Assembly (NCBI RefSeq): GCF_000219175.1
Contig: NC_015735.1
Coordinates: 270,001 to 302,000 of the forward strand
DNA from: Candidatus Moranella endobia PCIT
GTDB lineage: Bacteria; Pseudomonadota; Gammaproteobacteria; Enterobacterales; Enterobacteriaceae
Length of the DNA: 32,000 nt
Direction: 5' to 3'
Both the position numbers and the translations under genes were made by a program. Shown here one piece after another: positions 10,341 through 24,204 of this stretch. The notes under the pieces are model-generated. The model had not been told where the DNA came from and searched no databases. It saw only the letters and a program-made list of their open reading frames with translations. Position 1 is the stretch's first letter; the number at the start of each line of letters is the position of its first letter.

Positions 10341-10583
10341 TTAAGTGCTATACTGCTTACCTGGCAAGCAATACCGAATGGTACGGCGCGCGTGAACGCG
10401 CGCTAATTTCTTTGCATGACGCTTAATTGCAGCTGATTTAGCACGCTTACGTTCAGTAGTTGGTTTTTCATAAAATTCGCGCCGCCGAACCTCAGACAAT
10501 ACACCTGCTTTTTCACAGGAACGCTTGAAACGACGCAATGCTACATCGAAAGGCTCGTTTTCACGCACTTTAACTACAGGCAT
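10341..10583 (-). CDS. rpsU: 30S ribosomal protein S21, with C-terminal extension
   Basis: [49 protein letters not shown] matches S21; rpsU-dnaG-rpoD operon order retained. Confidence 0.98.
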   Translation of the reverse strand: MPVVKVRENEPFDVALRRFKRSCEKAGVLSEVRRREFYEKPTTERKRAKSAAIKRHAKKLARVHARRTIRYCLPGKQYST

Positions 10584-10896
10584 ATGCCTATCACCTCGAT
10601 AAAATTCAGATATTGTAACTAACCTATGTCCTTATGTCAGTTTCTGCAAAATATTGTTTTTCGAATTCTACTGTACACCTACAAGCTTTGTAAAGCATTG
10701 CCTTCTCTTTTATCTTTATATACTCTCAAGATGGCACACAATATGTGCAAAAATATTTGCGCTTGATAAGTTATGGCTTAATAAAGCCAATAAATTTGGA
10801 CGTCAAATTGCACTTTAAAACTTAACTAAAGCCTAATATCAGTACAGAGTATATCATAATAGACTGTACACAGAAAAAAAAGGTGGTAGTGATTTT

Positions 10897-11919
10897 ATGC
10901 GAGTATTGGGTATTGAAACATCATGCGATGACACTGGGGTGGCTATTTACGATCAACAGCAAGGATTACTGGCTAATCAACTATATAGCCAGGGGGAAAT
11001 GCACTCAGATTATGGAGGGGTGGTGCCAGAACTTGCTTCCCGTGATCATGTACGCAAAACAATTCCACTGATTCAGGCAGCGCTAGCGCAGTCAGGACTA
11101 CCGGCGTCGGAGATTTATGGAGTGGCCTACACTGCTGGACCAGGACTAGTCGGTGCGTTGATGGTAGGTGCCACTATAGGGCGTGCGTTGGCCTATGCTT
11201 GGAAGGTTCCAGCTGTCGCCGTGCATCATATAGAAGGGCATCTGTTGGCGCCTATGCTGGAGGACAATCCACCAGCGTTCCCGTTCTTGGCACTGTTAGT
11301 TTCCGGCGGTCATACCCAGCTAATCGCTGTTACTGGTATCGGAAAATATCGACTGCTGGGAGAATCCCTTGACGATGCCGCCGGCGAAGCATTCGATAAA
11401 ACCGCTAAGCTATTAGGATTGGATTATCCTGGCGGGCCTATGCTAGCGCGGCTAGCGCAGCAGGGCGTGCCAGGACGTTATACTTTTCCCCGCCCGATGA
11501 CTGACCGGCCGGGGCTAGCATTTAGTTTCTCCGGTTTAAAAACCTTTGTCGCCAAAACTATTAGCACTTGCGCAAATGATCACCAAACGCGCGCAGACGT
11601 CGCGCGCGCATTTGAGGACGCAGTAGTAGATACGTTAATGCTAAAATGCCAGCGCGCGCTTGATATTACTTGTTTCAAGCGATTAGTAATTGCCGGAGGC
11701 GTCAGCGCCAATCAAGCACTGCGCGTCAGCCTAGATAGAATGATGCGGCAAAGAAACGGAGAAATATTTTATGCTCGTCCTGAGTTTTGTACTGATAATG
11801 GCGCGATGATCGCTTATGCTGGCATGGTGCGACTACAACAGAATGGGACTAGGACAGATCTGGCAGTGTCAGTACGGCCGCGCTGGCCCCTGGATGAAGG
11901 GTTAACATTTGATGTCTGA
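10897..11919 (+). CDS. tsaD: tRNA N6-threonylcarbamoyladenosine transferase
   Basis: 340 aa; [54 protein letters not shown]; divergent from rpsU as in enterics. Confidence 0.98.
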   Translation: MRVLGIETSCDDTGVAIYDQQQGLLANQLYSQGEMHSDYGGVVPELASRDHVRKTIPLIQAALAQSGLPASEIYGVAYTAGPGLVGALMVGATIGRALAYAWKVPAVAVHHIEGHLLAPMLEDNPPAFPFLALLVSGGHTQLIAVTGIGKYRLLGESLDDAAGEAFDKTAKLLGLDYPGGPMLARLAQQGVPGRYTFPRPMTDRPGLAFSFSGLKTFVAKTISTCANDHQTRADVARAFEDAVVDTLMLKCQRALDITCFKRLVIAGGVSANQALRVSLDRMMRQRNGEIFYARPEFCTDNGAMIAYAGMVRLQQNGTRTDLAVSVRPRWPLDEGLTFDV

Positions 11920-11979
11920 TTTATAAACCCTATCGATCTATCAGGTGATCGATGGACTGTAATTCAATATGTATGCGAG

Positions 11980-12546
11980 TTATGTAACCCTGGATACATA
12001 TTGACCAGAGCGCGTATTTACGCGAATAACTTCACCAATCTGAACAAATAGTGGTACTTTCACTACCGTACCGGTAATTAGCGTGGCTAATTTTACGCCA
12101 GTACCGAAGGTATCGCCTTTCAATCCAGGATCAGTTGCGGTTATTTCTAGCTCAACGAAATTAGGAGGAGTAACGATTATTGGTTTATCATTCCATAAAG
12201 TCAGTACACATTTCGACTGTTCCACCAGCCATTTCGCGTTATCGCTAACGGCTTTAGCATCCGCGGCCAGTTGTTCAAAGTTTTTTTGATTTATGAAATA
12301 CCAGAACTCACCATCTTTGTACAAATAAACTAGGTTAATATCGATAATATTGGCAGCCTCAACCGAGTCACCAGATTTAAATACCTTGTCCAGTACTTTA
12401 TCTGAAACTAATGTGCGTAAACGTACCCTGCTAAACGCCTGGCCTTTTCCTGGCTTTACAAATTTATGATCAATTATCAAGCATGGCTCACCATCAAGTA
12501 TAATTTTGAGACCAGAACGCAATTCATTTGTATTATAATAACCCAT
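11980..12546 (-). CDS. efp: Elongation factor P (start moved to internal ATG, 188 aa)
   Basis: [22 protein letters not shown]...[16 protein letters not shown]...[18 protein letters not shown]; the trimmed start gives the usual EF-P length and keeps the PGKGQ lysine. Confidence 0.96.
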   Translation of the reverse strand: MGYYNTNELRSGLKIILDGEPCLIIDHKFVKPGKGQAFSRVRLRTLVSDKVLDKVFKSGDSVEAANIIDINLVYLYKDGEFWYFINQKNFEQLAADAKAVSDNAKWLVEQSKCVLTLWNDKPIIVTPPNFVELEITATDPGLKGDTFGTGVKLATLITGTVVKVPLFVQIGEVIRVNTRSGQYVSRVT

Positions 12547-12942
12547 GGTAGTTATCCTCAGTATCAACAGAAGCATCAACAGATAACTTAAAAAGTATCT
12601 ACATATTATATACTAATTACGTACTACTGAGATATTGCACCGGCTAACTGGAAAGATTAAGCTGTTGGCACTTAAGATATAGATGTACTTAGTAACTATT
12701 GCTAACTGTTAATTAATTTTACGTTGTGTGATATTTTTGATCAAAAGTTAATGCGACTGAAGACTGATATCGACCACGATCGCTTCATTAGCATACATAA
12801 TCATCTGTATAATATGCTGCTATATATCATAGATATCTTGGCGCAGATGCGCTATCTGTATGAAAAAACTGAAAAAAAATAGTTGTACTTTGGTGATTTT
12901 GATTGGTTAATTTAACGTTCATTACAGGGAGATAACCTCTTT

Positions 12943-13395
12943 ATGGCCGATAAGTTCCAAATTTTGCTTTTAAATGGACCGAACCTAAATTTGCTTGGTA
13001 CCCGCGAACCAGAAAAATATGGTCAGATCAAGCTAACCGAAATAATTGCTAACTTAAGCATACTAGCAGGCAGTCTGGGAGCAAAAATCAGCCATGTTCA
13101 GTCTAATGCTGAACACGTTCTGATCGACCATATCCATCAGGCGCATGGTAATACCGATTATATAGTAATCAACCCAGCAGCGCTTACCCATACTAGCATA
13201 GCCCTACGTGATGCGCTGTTAGCGGTAAAGATCCCGTTCATTGAAATTCATCTATCCAATGTGCATGCTCGGGAACATTTCCGGCATCAATCCTATTTGT
13301 CCGATATTGCGGTGGGTGTAATATGCGGTCTTGGTGCCGATGGGTATAGTTTTGCTTTACAGACGGCAGTTAAACGCTTGTTAACCTCTACTTAA
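12943..13395 (+). CDS. aroQ: Type II 3-dehydroquinate dehydratase
   Basis: [76 protein letters not shown]. Confidence 0.97.
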   Translation: MADKFQILLLNGPNLNLLGTREPEKYGQIKLTEIIANLSILAGSLGAKISHVQSNAEHVLIDHIHQAHGNTDYIVINPAALTHTSIALRDALLAVKIPFIEIHLSNVHAREHFRHQSYLSDIAVGVICGLGADGYSFALQTAVKRLLTST

Positions 13396-13416
13396 TTCGA
13401 GCATGGGACCCAACTA

Positions 13417-13845
13417 ATGGATCTTCGTAAGATCAAAAAACTGATTGAACTAATTGAAAAATCTGGCATTGCTACTTTGGAAATCTCTGAGGGTGAAGAA
13501 TCGATTCGTATTAATCGTGCTCTGATGCAACAGACCTATCTGCCACAGACTAATATCTCTGCAGGGCAGCAGTCGTCTACTACCCCAGTAACCTTATCGG
13601 CGACAACGAGCGGTCACCTTGTGCGTTCGCCCATGGTTGGCATATTCTACCGAACCCCCAGTCCTGATGCCAAATCTTTCGTAGAGGTTGGTCAGAAGGT
13701 CGACGTTGGCGATACTATTTGTATTATTGAAGCGATGAAAATAATGAACCAGATTGCATCGGACAAAAAAGGCGTGGTAAAAGCTATTTTACGGGAAAAT
13801 GGTCAACTAGTTGAATTTGATGAACCACTAATAGTAATTGAATAA
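13417..13845 (+). CDS. accB: Biotin carboxyl carrier protein of acetyl-CoA carboxylase
   Basis: [17 protein letters not shown]...[45 protein letters not shown]...[10 protein letters not shown]. Confidence 0.97.
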   Translation: MDLRKIKKLIELIEKSGIATLEISEGEESIRINRALMQQTYLPQTNISAGQQSSTTPVTLSATTSGHLVRSPMVGIFYRTPSPDAKSFVEVGQKVDVGDTICIIEAMKIMNQIASDKKGVVKAILRENGQLVEFDEPLIVIE

Positions 13846-13976
13846 CTAGGTTCAACTAATTTCTGGCGTATTTTATTAAAAAGTTTGCGACAAATATTTA
13901 CCGTAATTCTGATCGGTATTCAATTTTACATTGAAAATAATAAACTTTTCTTACTAAATTTAGCAACAGCTATTAC

Positions 13977-13998
13977 TTTCAGCTCAGCTGAGCTGAAA
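13977..13998. repeat. 22-nt perfect palindrome in the accB-accC spacer
   Basis: tttcagctcagctgagctgaaa equals its own reverse complement. Confidence 0.95.
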
Positions 13999-14302
13999 AA
14001 AATAACAAAAAAATAGCATTGCATTAATTGGCAATATAAATATTATCTAGCAGAAACAATTTGCTTCCTAGTGTTACAGGGGAATGCAATTACGTCTACT
14101 AACAAATTTTAGATGGCTGTACAAGCAAAATACTGTTAATTACTAACTCATTGATCAAGATAGGTAACAGCAAAACTAGGTAAAAATAGTTGAATAATGT
14201 TACTGTTACATACATAGCTGCATGAGCATATGACGCACCATGATCAGTGCCGTATAAAATATTCGTCGCTTTATGGCAATTTGCTATTCCCAGGAGGAAA
14301 AC

Positions 14303-15685
14303 ATGGATTGGCAAAAGTTTAGCGATATTAGGGTCAGTGATTTAGATAAAATCGTAATCGCAAACCGCGGTGAAATTGCATTGCGTATTCTGCGAGCGTG
14401 CAAAGAACTAGGTATCAAAGCAGTGGCAGTACACTCTACCGCTGACCGTAACCTAAAGCATGTGCTGCTTGCTGATGAGACAATATGTATTGGTCCCCCG
14501 CCTTCTGAAAAAAGTTATCTCAATATTCCGGCAATTATATCAGCGGCAGAAATGACTGGATCGGTTGCTATCCACCCTGGATACGGTTTTCTATCAGAGA
14601 ACGCTGATTTTGCCGAGCAGGTAGAAAGTTCAGGCTTCATCTTTATCGGCCCGCGCGCGGAAACCATTAAATTAATGGGCGATAAAATTTCCGCCATCAA
14701 AGTGATGAAACAGGCAGGCATATCCTGTATTCCTGGATCAGACGGTCAATGGGATGACGATATGGCAAAAAACCGCGCGATCGCCAACCGCATCGGTTAT
14801 CCGTTGATTATCAAATCAGCCGGAGGCGGCGGTGGGCGCGGTATGTGCGTGGTACGCAGCGAAAACGAACTGGATACATCTATCCGTATAACTCGTGCAG
14901 AAGCGAAAGCTGCGTTTAACCATGATATGGTCTACCTGGAAAAGTACCTTGATAATCCGCGCCATATTGAAATCCAGATACTGGCAGATGGTAAAGGTAA
15001 TGCCCTGTACCTGGCAGATCGCGATTGTTCCATGCAGCGCCGTCACCAGAAATTAGTTGAAGAAGCACCAGCGCCCGGTATTACCGATGCATTACGCCGA
15101 TTTATCGGCGAGCGCTGCGCAAAAACCTGCGTGGAAATCGGTTATCGCGGTGCTGGAACTTTTGAATTTCTATACGAAAATGGTGAATTATTTTTCATTG
15201 AGATGAATACCCGTATTCAAGTAGAACACCCAGTTACTGAGATGATAACTGGCATAGACCTTATCAAAGAACAGCTGCGCATCGCTGCCGGACAGTCATT
15301 ATCCCTACAACAGCAAGATATAACTGTGTCTGGCCACGCAGTAGAATGCCGTATCAACGCCGAAGATTCGACAAACTTTCTACCTAGTACGGGTAAAATT
15401 ACCCGATTCCACGCGCCTGGCGGCTTGGGTGTACGCTGGGAATCGCATATCTATGCTGACTATTCTGTGCCACCATTCTACGACTCCATGATAGGAAAAC
15501 TAATCTGTTTTGGTGAAAACCGTGACGTCGCCATCGCCCGCATGAAAATTGCGCTGTCGGAGCTAATTATCGATGGTATTAAAACCAACATTGATTTGCA
15601 GGTAAAAATAATGAATGACGAACATTTCCAGCAAGGTTGCACACATATACATTATTTTGAGCAGAAGTTCAGTGGTCAAACCTGA
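14303..15685 (+). CDS. accC: Acetyl-CoA carboxylase biotin carboxylase subunit (start reassigned to ATG 14303)
   Basis: [70 protein letters not shown]; strong SD (caggaggaaaac) immediately upstream of ATG 14303. Confidence 0.96.
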   Translation: MDWQKFSDIRVSDLDKIVIANRGEIALRILRACKELGIKAVAVHSTADRNLKHVLLADETICIGPPPSEKSYLNIPAIISAAEMTGSVAIHPGYGFLSENADFAEQVESSGFIFIGPRAETIKLMGDKISAIKVMKQAGISCIPGSDGQWDDDMAKNRAIANRIGYPLIIKSAGGGGGRGMCVVRSENELDTSIRITRAEAKAAFNHDMVYLEKYLDNPRHIEIQILADGKGNALYLADRDCSMQRRHQKLVEEAPAPGITDALRRFIGERCAKTCVEIGYRGAGTFEFLYENGELFFIEMNTRIQVEHPVTEMITGIDLIKEQLRIAAGQSLSLQQQDITVSGHAVECRINAEDSTNFLPSTGKITRFHAPGGLGVRWESHIYADYSVPPFYDSMIGKLICFGENRDVAIARMKIALSELIIDGIKTNIDLQVKIMNDEHFQQGCTHIHYFEQKFSGQT

Positions 15686-15942
15686 GCAAACGTTATGTTA
15701 TGGTAATCTGATGATTAATAAATTAACTTATCATCTTTATCAGATGGTATCCTCTATTAATAGAAGTAGTAGATAATATCTGCGACAGTTTTTTACTTTA
15801 GTCCTGGTATTTTATAGTGCCAATAAACATTATTTCCGCTTGATTATGTTACATACACGCCATTTGTTTGCTAATACCAGGCACACTTCCTAAAAACTTA
15901 ATTTTTTCAAAAGTGATGCAGCAGACATATCAGTGTCATAAA

Positions 15943-18336
15943 TCAATCCCTCAAGGAGGCGTGGAAGCGCTGCTTTATTGCCATCACGCATTTAGCAACG
16001 ATAGTGTTAATCTCATCCTCTTTTAGAGGACTAATTGGATCCTGTAAGATTAATCTGATAGCAAGACTTTTAAACCCTGCCTTGACGCTACTGTTGCGAT
16101 ATATGTCAAATAAAGTTACACCAAATAACTTATTTGCAAGCACTTTTCTACACTCTGCGAGAACATCGGCGGCGGCGACATCATTAGCTACCACTACTGC
16201 GATATCGCGTCGGTTAGCAGGAAAAGATGAAATATTCTGCGCCTTAGGTATTTTACATTTGGCAATATTCTTCCAGATAAGTTCAAATACGATTGTGCAG
16301 CTCATTAAATTAAGTTTTGACTCAAGCTCAGGATGAATCATCCCAAGTAATCCAATTACTTCATGTTTACGATAAATTGCAGCACTTTGCCCAGGATGTA
16401 GTGCGGGATGTCGTGTTGCCCTAAATTCAATATCGTTTAATGTTCCCGTCAGCTCCAGTATTGCCTCAATATCGCCCTTGGCATCGTAAAAATCAACCGG
16501 CTGGCACGACTGATCCCAATGTGCACTAAACTGCGGACCTGTGATTACTCCTGCCAATATCAGCTCCTGACGAATGCCCATGTCGGCTACATGATCAGGA
16601 ACAAAGCGCAACCCACTTTCAAACAGTCTGATCCGCTTCTGCTGACGATTCTGATTATTTACCACCACACTAAGCAGGCCAGTCCATAACGACAAACGCA
16701 TGGCGGACATATCTTGGGCCATTGGACGTGGTAGTACTAGTGGTTCCTGCTGCGGATGGAGCATTGACTGGCTTGTGGGGTTGACAAAACTATAAGTTAT
16801 AGCTTCCTGATAACCGCGGTCTACTAGTAGTGTTTTAGCACGTAACAGCGGCAGCTCTGCTTCGCTATGATGCGGCATCAACAAGTTTGCTCGTACTGGA
16901 ACCGAAGGGATTACATCGTAACCATAGATACGCACGATCTCTTCAATTAAATCTTCTTCTATAGCTATATCGAAACGCCAGCTAGGTGTCAGAACTTGCC
17001 AGTTCTCATCGCGGCGGCTGACCTGGAAGCCAAGACGGAGCAAGATATTGCTAACTTCCTCGTCCGGTATAACATATCCTATCAAACGGTCTAGGTTTTC
17101 CCGTTGCAGGTAAATGTTGGATGGTTGATCAAGTTCGGTTTCATAGGTAACCTCTATAACTGGTCCCGGATTACCTCCGCAAATTGAGATTAATAGCGCC
17201 GTTGCCCGCTCCATAGCGCGCGGTTGCAACGCCGGATCCACGCCGCGTTCGTATCGGTAGGAAGCATTGGTGTGTAGTCCGTAACTGCTAGCGCGACCAG
17301 TGATAGCCAAAGGATGAAAAAAAGCGCATTCTAGCACTACGTCGCGGGTGGTTGGTTTGATACTGGAGAAGGCACCGCCAACAATGCCGGCTATCGCTAG
17401 CACTTTGCTATAGTCAGCAATTACTAGCGTATCAGGTAACAGCTTGACTTCTCTACCATCAAGCAACGTAAGTGCCTCATCATGCCTAGCATGACGTACC
17501 ACAATACCCCCAGAAATTCGATCTAGATCAAATGCATGCATGGGCTGTCCCAGTTCTAACTGTACATAGTTGGTAATATCAACTATGGTATTCACCGACT
17601 GCAGACCACTGCGGCGTAGTTTTTCTTTCATCCATAGTGGCGTTGAAGCATTGACGTTGATATTTTTCACCACTCTGCCCAAATAGCGTGGACAGGCGTT
17701 GTTCTGGTCAATGTGAATCGGCACAGCATCGACGATCAACGGAGACACCATCTCGATGACCGGCTGTACAAGTGGCATGCGGTTAAGCACCGCAACATCG
17801 CGAGCAATACCTAGCAAACAAAGACAATCGGCTCGATTCGGTGTGACGTTCATGCTGAAGATATTATCATTAAGCTGGAGATAGTTGCGGATATCCTGGC
17901 CGATAGGCGAATCTGCGGGCAGTTCAATAATGCCCATGCCATTAGTGCAGTTGGAAATACCTAATTCAGAACATGAGCACAACATTCCCTCAGAGAACGC
18001 ACCGCGCCATTTTATAGCCTTAATCTTTAAGTTTCCTGGCAACACAGCGCCCGTTTTTGCCACCACTACCAGCAGATCAGCACGACAGTTGGGTGCACCG
18101 CAAACAACATCTAGCTGTCGATCGCAGCCGATATCAACTTTGGTTACCCACAATTTATTTGTATTAGGATGCGTTCGACATTCTACTACTTTGCCAACTA
18201 CCACCCCAGTAAAACTGCTCGCAACAGGTTCTATACATTCTACTTCTAGTCCAGCCATGGTCATCTGCTCCGCTAACGCTGAGCTATCTATTGCTGGATT
18301 TACCAATTCACGCAGCCAAAGTTCACTGAATTTCAT
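15943..18336 (-). CDS. pheT: Phenylalanine--tRNA ligase beta subunit
   Basis: 797 aa; [69 protein letters not shown]-type C-terminus ([17 protein letters not shown]). Confidence 0.98.
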   Translation of the reverse strand: MKFSELWLRELVNPAIDSSALAEQMTMAGLEVECIEPVASSFTGVVVGKVVECRTHPNTNKLWVTKVDIGCDRQLDVVCGAPNCRADLLVVVAKTGAVLPGNLKIKAIKWRGAFSEGMLCSCSELGISNCTNGMGIIELPADSPIGQDIRNYLQLNDNIFSMNVTPNRADCLCLLGIARDVAVLNRMPLVQPVIEMVSPLIVDAVPIHIDQNNACPRYLGRVVKNINVNASTPLWMKEKLRRSGLQSVNTIVDITNYVQLELGQPMHAFDLDRISGGIVVRHARHDEALTLLDGREVKLLPDTLVIADYSKVLAIAGIVGGAFSSIKPTTRDVVLECAFFHPLAITGRASSYGLHTNASYRYERGVDPALQPRAMERATALLISICGGNPGPVIEVTYETELDQPSNIYLQRENLDRLIGYVIPDEEVSNILLRLGFQVSRRDENWQVLTPSWRFDIAIEEDLIEEIVRIYGYDVIPSVPVRANLLMPHHSEAELPLLRAKTLLVDRGYQEAITYSFVNPTSQSMLHPQQEPLVLPRPMAQDMSAMRLSLWTGLLSVVVNNQNRQQKRIRLFESGLRFVPDHVADMGIRQELILAGVITGPQFSAHWDQSCQPVDFYDAKGDIEAILELTGTLNDIEFRATRHPALHPGQSAAIYRKHEVIGLLGMIHPELESKLNLMSCTIVFELIWKNIAKCKIPKAQNISSFPANRRDIAVVVANDVAAADVLAECRKVLANKLFGVTLFDIYRNSSVKAGFKSLAIRLILQDPISPLKEDEINTIVAKCVMAIKQRFHASLRD

Positions 18337-18351
18337 GTGGTTGTCCCGCTT

Positions 18352-19341
<990 letters not shown>

Positions 19342-19429
19342 TCAACCTCTATCTAGATGACTTAATATAAATATGAGCTCAGTCAACGTCTGTACTAGTA
19401 CAGCGCGCTTGTGTTAGTTAATTAGTAAT

Positions 19430-19454
19430 AAAAAAACCTCCACTTAGGGAGGCT
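19430..19454 (-). terminator. Probable pheST attenuator terminator hairpin
   Basis: Reverse strand AGCCTCCCTAAGTGGAGGTTTTTTTAT: stem CCTCC/GGAGG (19437-19441/19448-19452) with a 7-T tract, upstream of pheS, very similar to the E. coli pheST attenuator AGCCTCCCAGTGGAGGCTTTTTTT. Confidence 0.85.
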
Positions 19455-19628
19455 ATAGCTTGATTTTAGTTATTTGCATTTTTAAATACAGTAAGCGCAG
19501 ATCAACGCATACCAAACAGATGGTAAAGCACATGTAACATTAGTAGCAAGCATTAATAGGCATGCAAAATTATAAACTTGTGGGTATCTATTCTGGATAG
19601 GTGAGGGAAAATATTGGCTCTTTAGTAT

Positions 19629-19988
19629 TCAACCTGCTAAGGCACATTTTGCTTTATCTGTCAGAGCGGCAAATGCTGTTTTGTCAAATACTGCAATATC
19701 GGCCAAAATTTTACGGTCAATCTCTATAGAAGATCTTTTCAGACCATTGATAAGCTTGCTGTAAGAAATACCCTGCTGACGAGCAGTAGCGTTAATTCGC
19801 GCAATCCACAGTTTACGGAACTGACGTTTCTTTTGCCGGCGGTCACGGTAAGCATACTGGCCGGCTTTGATAACAGCCTGGAAGGCAACACGGTAAACAC
19901 GCGAACGGGCGCCGTAGTAGCCATTCGATTGTTGTAATATTTTTTTATGACGTGCGTGTGCTACCACACCGCGTTTTACGCGAGCCAT
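19629..19988 (-). CDS. rplT: 50S ribosomal protein L20
   Basis: [67 protein letters not shown]. Confidence 0.99.
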   Translation of the reverse strand: MARVKRGVVAHARHKKILQQSNGYYGARSRVYRVAFQAVIKAGQYAYRDRRQKKRQFRKLWIARINATARQQGISYSKLINGLKRSSIEIDRKILADIAVFDKTAFAALTDKAKCALAG

Positions 19989-20040
19989 ATATCTCTCTCC
20001 TATATTTGATTTTCATTCCAACCAGTAGTTGAAATACCGT

Positions 20041-20238
20041 TTACGCGTACGGCAAGCAACGCACAACCGAACCCAAATCATTTTGAGAAAGACTGGATTT
20101 CAGTCGAAGATGACGCTTATGCTTAGTTGATTTTTTGGTTAGTAGATGACGTAGGCCAGCATACTTACGCTGAAAACCTCCTGAAGCAGTTTTTTTAAAG
20201 CGTTTTGCGGCACCGCGTACAGTCTTTATTTTTGGCAT
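20041..20238 (-). CDS. rpmI: 50S ribosomal protein L35
   Basis: [22 protein letters not shown]...CLPYA. Confidence 0.98.
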   Translation of the reverse strand: MPKIKTVRGAAKRFKKTASGGFQRKYAGLRHLLTKKSTKHKRHLRLKSSLSQNDLGSVVRCLPYA

Positions 20239-20264
20239 TAATTCACCTCGGCAGGCTTATAATA

Positions 20265-20804
20265 CTATTTCTTATGGGGTGCCAGCACCATGATTGCCTG
20301 GCGTCCTTCAATTTTGGACGGAAAAGATTCGACTACTGCCAGTTCACTTAGATCATCGCGAACGCGGTTCAGTAATTCGATGCCAATCTGCTGGTGCGCC
20401 ATTTCACGTCCGCGAAATCTTATAGTTATTTTAGCTTTATCGCCTTCTTCCAGAAATCGAATCAAGTTACGTAGTTTGACCTGATAGTCGCCTTCATCTG
20501 TACCAGGACGAAATTTTATTTCTTTAATCTGGATAACTCTTTGTTTTTTCTTTTGTTCTTTGATTGATTTGCTTTTTTCATATAGGAACTTACCATAATC
20601 CATGATTCGGCAAACCGGAGGTTCGGCATTTGGACTAATTTCTACTAAATCAACACCTGTTTCATCTGCTTTTGCAAGCGCTTCCTTCAAGTAGACAACA
20701 CCAATCTGCTTACCATCAATATCGGTAAGACGAACCTCTGCGGCGCTTATTTCTTGGTTAATGCGATGGGTGCGCGCTGATTGAACTAGTTTTCCGCCTT
20801 TAAT
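20265..20804 (-). CDS. infC: Translation initiation factor IF-3, AUU start codon (179 aa; track ORF is N-terminally truncated)
   Basis: In-frame extension upstream of the track ORF reads (ATT)[47 protein letters not shown], the full IF-3 N-terminus; gGAGGaataaagtATT context retained. Confidence 0.96.
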   Translation of the reverse strand: MKGGKLVQSARTHRINQEISAAEVRLTDIDGKQIGVVYLKEALAKADETGVDLVEISPNAEPPVCRIMDYGKFLYEKSKSIKEQKKKQRVIQIKEIKFRPGTDEGDYQVKLRNLIRFLEEGDKAKITIRFRGREMAHQQIGIELLNRVRDDLSELAVVESFPSKIEGRQAIMVLAPHKK

Positions 20805-20807
20805 ACT

Positions 20808-22739
20808 TTATTCCTCCATATTATGAAGATTACGGCTACTGATTTCTTGCTGCAGCTTTACAATAAGCTTGTTAACGTCGATGCTACCAAGGTTTTTACC
20901 CCGGCGTGTACGCACAGTAACCTCACCTGTTTCCATCTCTTTATCTCCACAGACTAACATGTAAGGCACGCGACGCAAAGTATGTGTGCGAATTTTAAAG
21001 CCTATTTTTTCATTTCTCAAGTCTGCTTTTACCCTAATACCTGCTGTTGACAGTTTGTCCGTTAGGTTTTCGACATATACTGACTGATGATCGGTAATAT
21101 TCATTGTAACAACCTGTGTCGGTGCCAGCCAGGTAGGGTAGCAACCAGCATATTCTTCTGTAAGAATGCCAATAAATCTTTCCATTGACCCTAAAATAGC
21201 GCGGTGAATCATAACCGGGACCAAACGTTCGTTATTTTCTCCAACATAAAAGGCGTTTAAACGACCTGGCATTGAAAAGTCTAGTTGTACTGTACCACAT
21301 TGCCAGGCACGGTCCAGACAATCAAGAAGCACAAATTCAATTTTCGGACCATAAAAAGCTCCCTCACCTGGTTGGTATTCAAAGAGCATACCATTTTCCG
21401 TTAGCGTTGCGGCTAAATCCTGCTCAGCCCTGTTCCAAACTTCATCGCTACCAATATGATGTTCTGGTCTAGTGGACAGTTTGACAAAAATTTTTTCGAA
21501 ACCAAAAGTAGCATATATGTCATACACCATTTTAATGCAATTATTTACTTCATTGTGTATTTGGTCTTCAGTACAGAAGATATGGGCGTCATCTTGGGTA
21601 AAGCCGCGCACACGCATTAAGCCGTGTAGCGAGCCGGATGGTTCATTGCGGTGACAACTACCGAATTCAGCTATGCGCATCGGTAGATCGCGATAAGACT
21701 TCAAACCCTGATTAAACATCTGCACATGTCCGGGACAATTCATCGGTTTGATACAATATTCACGATTTTCAGATGAAGTAGTAAACATATGAGAAGCATA
21801 ATTTTCCCAATGGCCAGTATTTTCCCAAAGCATGCGGTCCATCATTAAGGGCCCTTTAACTTCCTGATATTGATAATCTTTCAGTTTCATCCGTAAAAAC
21901 GCTTCTAGCTCACGGAATATAATCAAGCCATCGTTGTGCCAGAAGAGCATGCCAGGTGCTTCTTCCTGCATATGATAGAGGTCAAGCTGCTTACCTATCT
22001 TACGATGATCGCGCTTAGCAGCTTCTTCCAGCTGTTGCAAATAGGTATTAAGCTGTTTTTTATTTCCCCAGGCAGTACCGTAAATACGCTGCAGCATTTT
22101 GTTTTTGTGATTGCCGCGCCAGTAAGCACCTGAGGTTTTTTGCAAAGTGAAGTGGTGGCAGAAACTCATATTGGGAACGTGTGGACCGCGGCACATGTCC
22201 ACATATTCTTCATGATGATACAGCACTGGCTGATCATTGCGGTTGATATTTTCGTCAAGTATAGCAACTTTATAATCCTCACCACGCGAAGTAAACTCAT
22301 CACGGGCCTGTTGCCAGCTAACTTTTTCTTTGATGATACTATAATTTTTGTTTGCTAGTTCGTGCATATGTTTTTCTAGCAGATCGAGATCATCCTTGGT
22401 TAGGGTATGGTCTAGATCAACATCATAATAAAAACCTTTATCAATGACCATCCCGATTGCTATTTTGGTATTTGGCCATAATTGCTTTATGGCGTGCCCC
22501 AGTAAATGCGCGCAGGATTGGCGGATGATTTCCAATCCCGCCTCATCATTTGCAGTAATGATTGAGAGCTGGGCGTCGTGCTCAATAACATCAAAAGCAT
22601 CTACCAATTCACCGTTAACTCTGCCGGCAATGCAAGCTTGAGCAAAGCTTGCACCACCTATATTACGTGCGATATCAAGTGGAGAAACAGGCTTTGTAAG
22701 CTGAAGTTTACTGCCATCAGCGAGAGTTATAACGGGCAT
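20808..22739 (-). CDS. thrS: Threonine--tRNA ligase
   Basis: 643 aa; [36 protein letters not shown]-class catalytic motifs ([59 protein letters not shown]). Confidence 0.99.
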   Translation of the reverse strand: MPVITLADGSKLQLTKPVSPLDIARNIGGASFAQACIAGRVNGELVDAFDVIEHDAQLSIITANDEAGLEIIRQSCAHLLGHAIKQLWPNTKIAIGMVIDKGFYYDVDLDHTLTKDDLDLLEKHMHELANKNYSIIKEKVSWQQARDEFTSRGEDYKVAILDENINRNDQPVLYHHEEYVDMCRGPHVPNMSFCHHFTLQKTSGAYWRGNHKNKMLQRIYGTAWGNKKQLNTYLQQLEEAAKRDHRKIGKQLDLYHMQEEAPGMLFWHNDGLIIFRELEAFLRMKLKDYQYQEVKGPLMMDRMLWENTGHWENYASHMFTTSSENREYCIKPMNCPGHVQMFNQGLKSYRDLPMRIAEFGSCHRNEPSGSLHGLMRVRGFTQDDAHIFCTEDQIHNEVNNCIKMVYDIYATFGFEKIFVKLSTRPEHHIGSDEVWNRAEQDLAATLTENGMLFEYQPGEGAFYGPKIEFVLLDCLDRAWQCGTVQLDFSMPGRLNAFYVGENNERLVPVMIHRAILGSMERFIGILTEEYAGCYPTWLAPTQVVTMNITDHQSVYVENLTDKLSTAGIRVKADLRNEKIGFKIRTHTLRRVPYMLVCGDKEMETGEVTVRTRRGKNLGSIDVNKLIVKLQQEISSRNLHNMEE

Positions 22740-23180
22740 AAGATTTTCCTGTAGTAGTTACACACGTAAACACCGATTAAATATTAACTTTAGCATTGTT
22801 AAGTTGCGTATTTTTGTTATGTTATTGAATAAGTGCACAAGCATATTTGCACAGGTGTACAAAAAAAACAGCTAAATCAATGTAATTCATACATGAATAC
22901 ATTCAATTTATTGAGAGTATTAAACAGAGTAATGTATACAAACAAATATGCACCTAGGTTAAGTTAATTGCTGCATCATTTAGGCGATGTTTATAATTTA
23001 ATACCATGTATTATATTGTATGATACCTGTGACATTTAATAATAAAAAAGAAGTTTAATTTTAATTATGAAATTGCAGCGTAGCATAACGAATATAAAGC
23101 ATAGCAATACTTCTTAAATTAAGACATTTGCACGGTGGCTGGCTTATTCAGAACTACTTATAAATAACTGGAGTGACACC

Positions 23181-23990
23181 ATGGATACCTATGCCGTTTT
23201 TGGCAATCCTATTCACCACAGTCGTTCACCATACATTCATGCGCTTTTTGCTACTTTAACCGGTTTATCCCACCCTTATAAACGAGTTATGGCGCCGCTG
23301 GAAAGTTTTGAACACACGTTGTGGCATTTCTTTGAAGCAGGCGGTTTAGGAGCGAATATTACCCTACCGTTTAAAGAACGTGCCTTCTCTTTATGCGATA
23401 AATTAACCGAACGTGGGTTGTTGGCCGGAGCAGTAAATACTATCAAGAAACTACCAGATGGATCATACCTGGGGGATAACACTGACGGCATTGGCTTAGT
23501 AAGTGATTTAAAGCGTCTTCATATACTGCGTCAAGACAGTAGGGTGCTATTAATTGGTGCGGGCGGCGCAACGCGTGGTGTGATTCAGCCTTTGCTGGCT
23601 TATGGCTGCCAAATTGTACTTACCAACCGTACTTTTTCCCGTGCGCAGAAACTGGTAGATTTTTACCACAGCGATATTAGTGCGCTACCGCTGGAACAAC
23701 TCAGAACGCCTGATTACGATCTAATTATTAATGCAACATCGACTGGTGTACAGGGTAACATCCCAATACTGCCTGTGTCGGTTATTACACCAGTAGTTTG
23801 CTGTTACGATATGTTTTATCAACCAGGTGGCGATACGCCTTTTATCACCTGGTGTCGACGGCACGGTGCGCTCATCTGCGCCGATGGGCTTGGTATGCTG
23901 GTGGGCCAAGCCGCCTCAGCATTTTTACTGTGGCATGGCGTATTGCCACCAATTTTGCCGGTGCTAAAAATCCTGCGCGCGGAGCTATAA
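23181..23990 (+). CDS. aroE: Shikimate dehydrogenase
   Basis: [69 protein letters not shown]. Confidence 0.98.
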   Translation: MDTYAVFGNPIHHSRSPYIHALFATLTGLSHPYKRVMAPLESFEHTLWHFFEAGGLGANITLPFKERAFSLCDKLTERGLLAGAVNTIKKLPDGSYLGDNTDGIGLVSDLKRLHILRQDSRVLLIGAGGATRGVIQPLLAYGCQIVLTNRTFSRAQKLVDFYHSDISALPLEQLRTPDYDLIINATSTGVQGNIPILPVSVITPVVCCYDMFYQPGGDTPFITWCRRHGALICADGLGMLVGQAASAFLLWHGVLPPILPVLKILRAEL

Positions 23991-24083
23991 TGCGCTCTAT
24001 GAATGTCTCTGCTGATAAATGTTCAAAATTTGACGCAGTTGTAGTAAACAACTGTAGTAAAAGGTGATACCATACAAGTATTG

Positions 24084-24160
24084 CGGTGAGTGGCGCAGTC
24101 TGGTAGCGCAATACGTTCGGGACGTATTGGTCGGAGGTTCAAATCCTCTCTCACCGACCA
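24084..24160 (+). tRNA. proK: tRNA-Pro (CGG anticodon), CCA encoded
   Basis: CGGTGAGTGGCGCAGTCTGGTAGCGCAATACGTTCGGGACGTATTGGTCGGAGGTTCAAATCCTCTCTCACCGACCA; cloverleaf with CGGTGAG/CTCACCG acceptor and loop TTCGGGA. Confidence 0.97.
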
Positions 24161-24204
24161 ATGGTTTAGTAACAGCCAGGTGCCGATCTTCTTAATTCAC
24201 TTAC

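Noticed and set aside
14099-14314. 71-aa minus-strand ORF in the accB-accC spacer
   Set aside because: Hydrophobic low-complexity translation, overlaps the accC start, no recognisable family.
14303-15685. Horizontal acquisition of accC, because it looks more GC-rich than neighbouring genes
   Set aside because: Protein sequence is typical enteric AccC and tsaD shows similarly GC-rich stretches. Without computed GC3 and a tree this cannot be supported.
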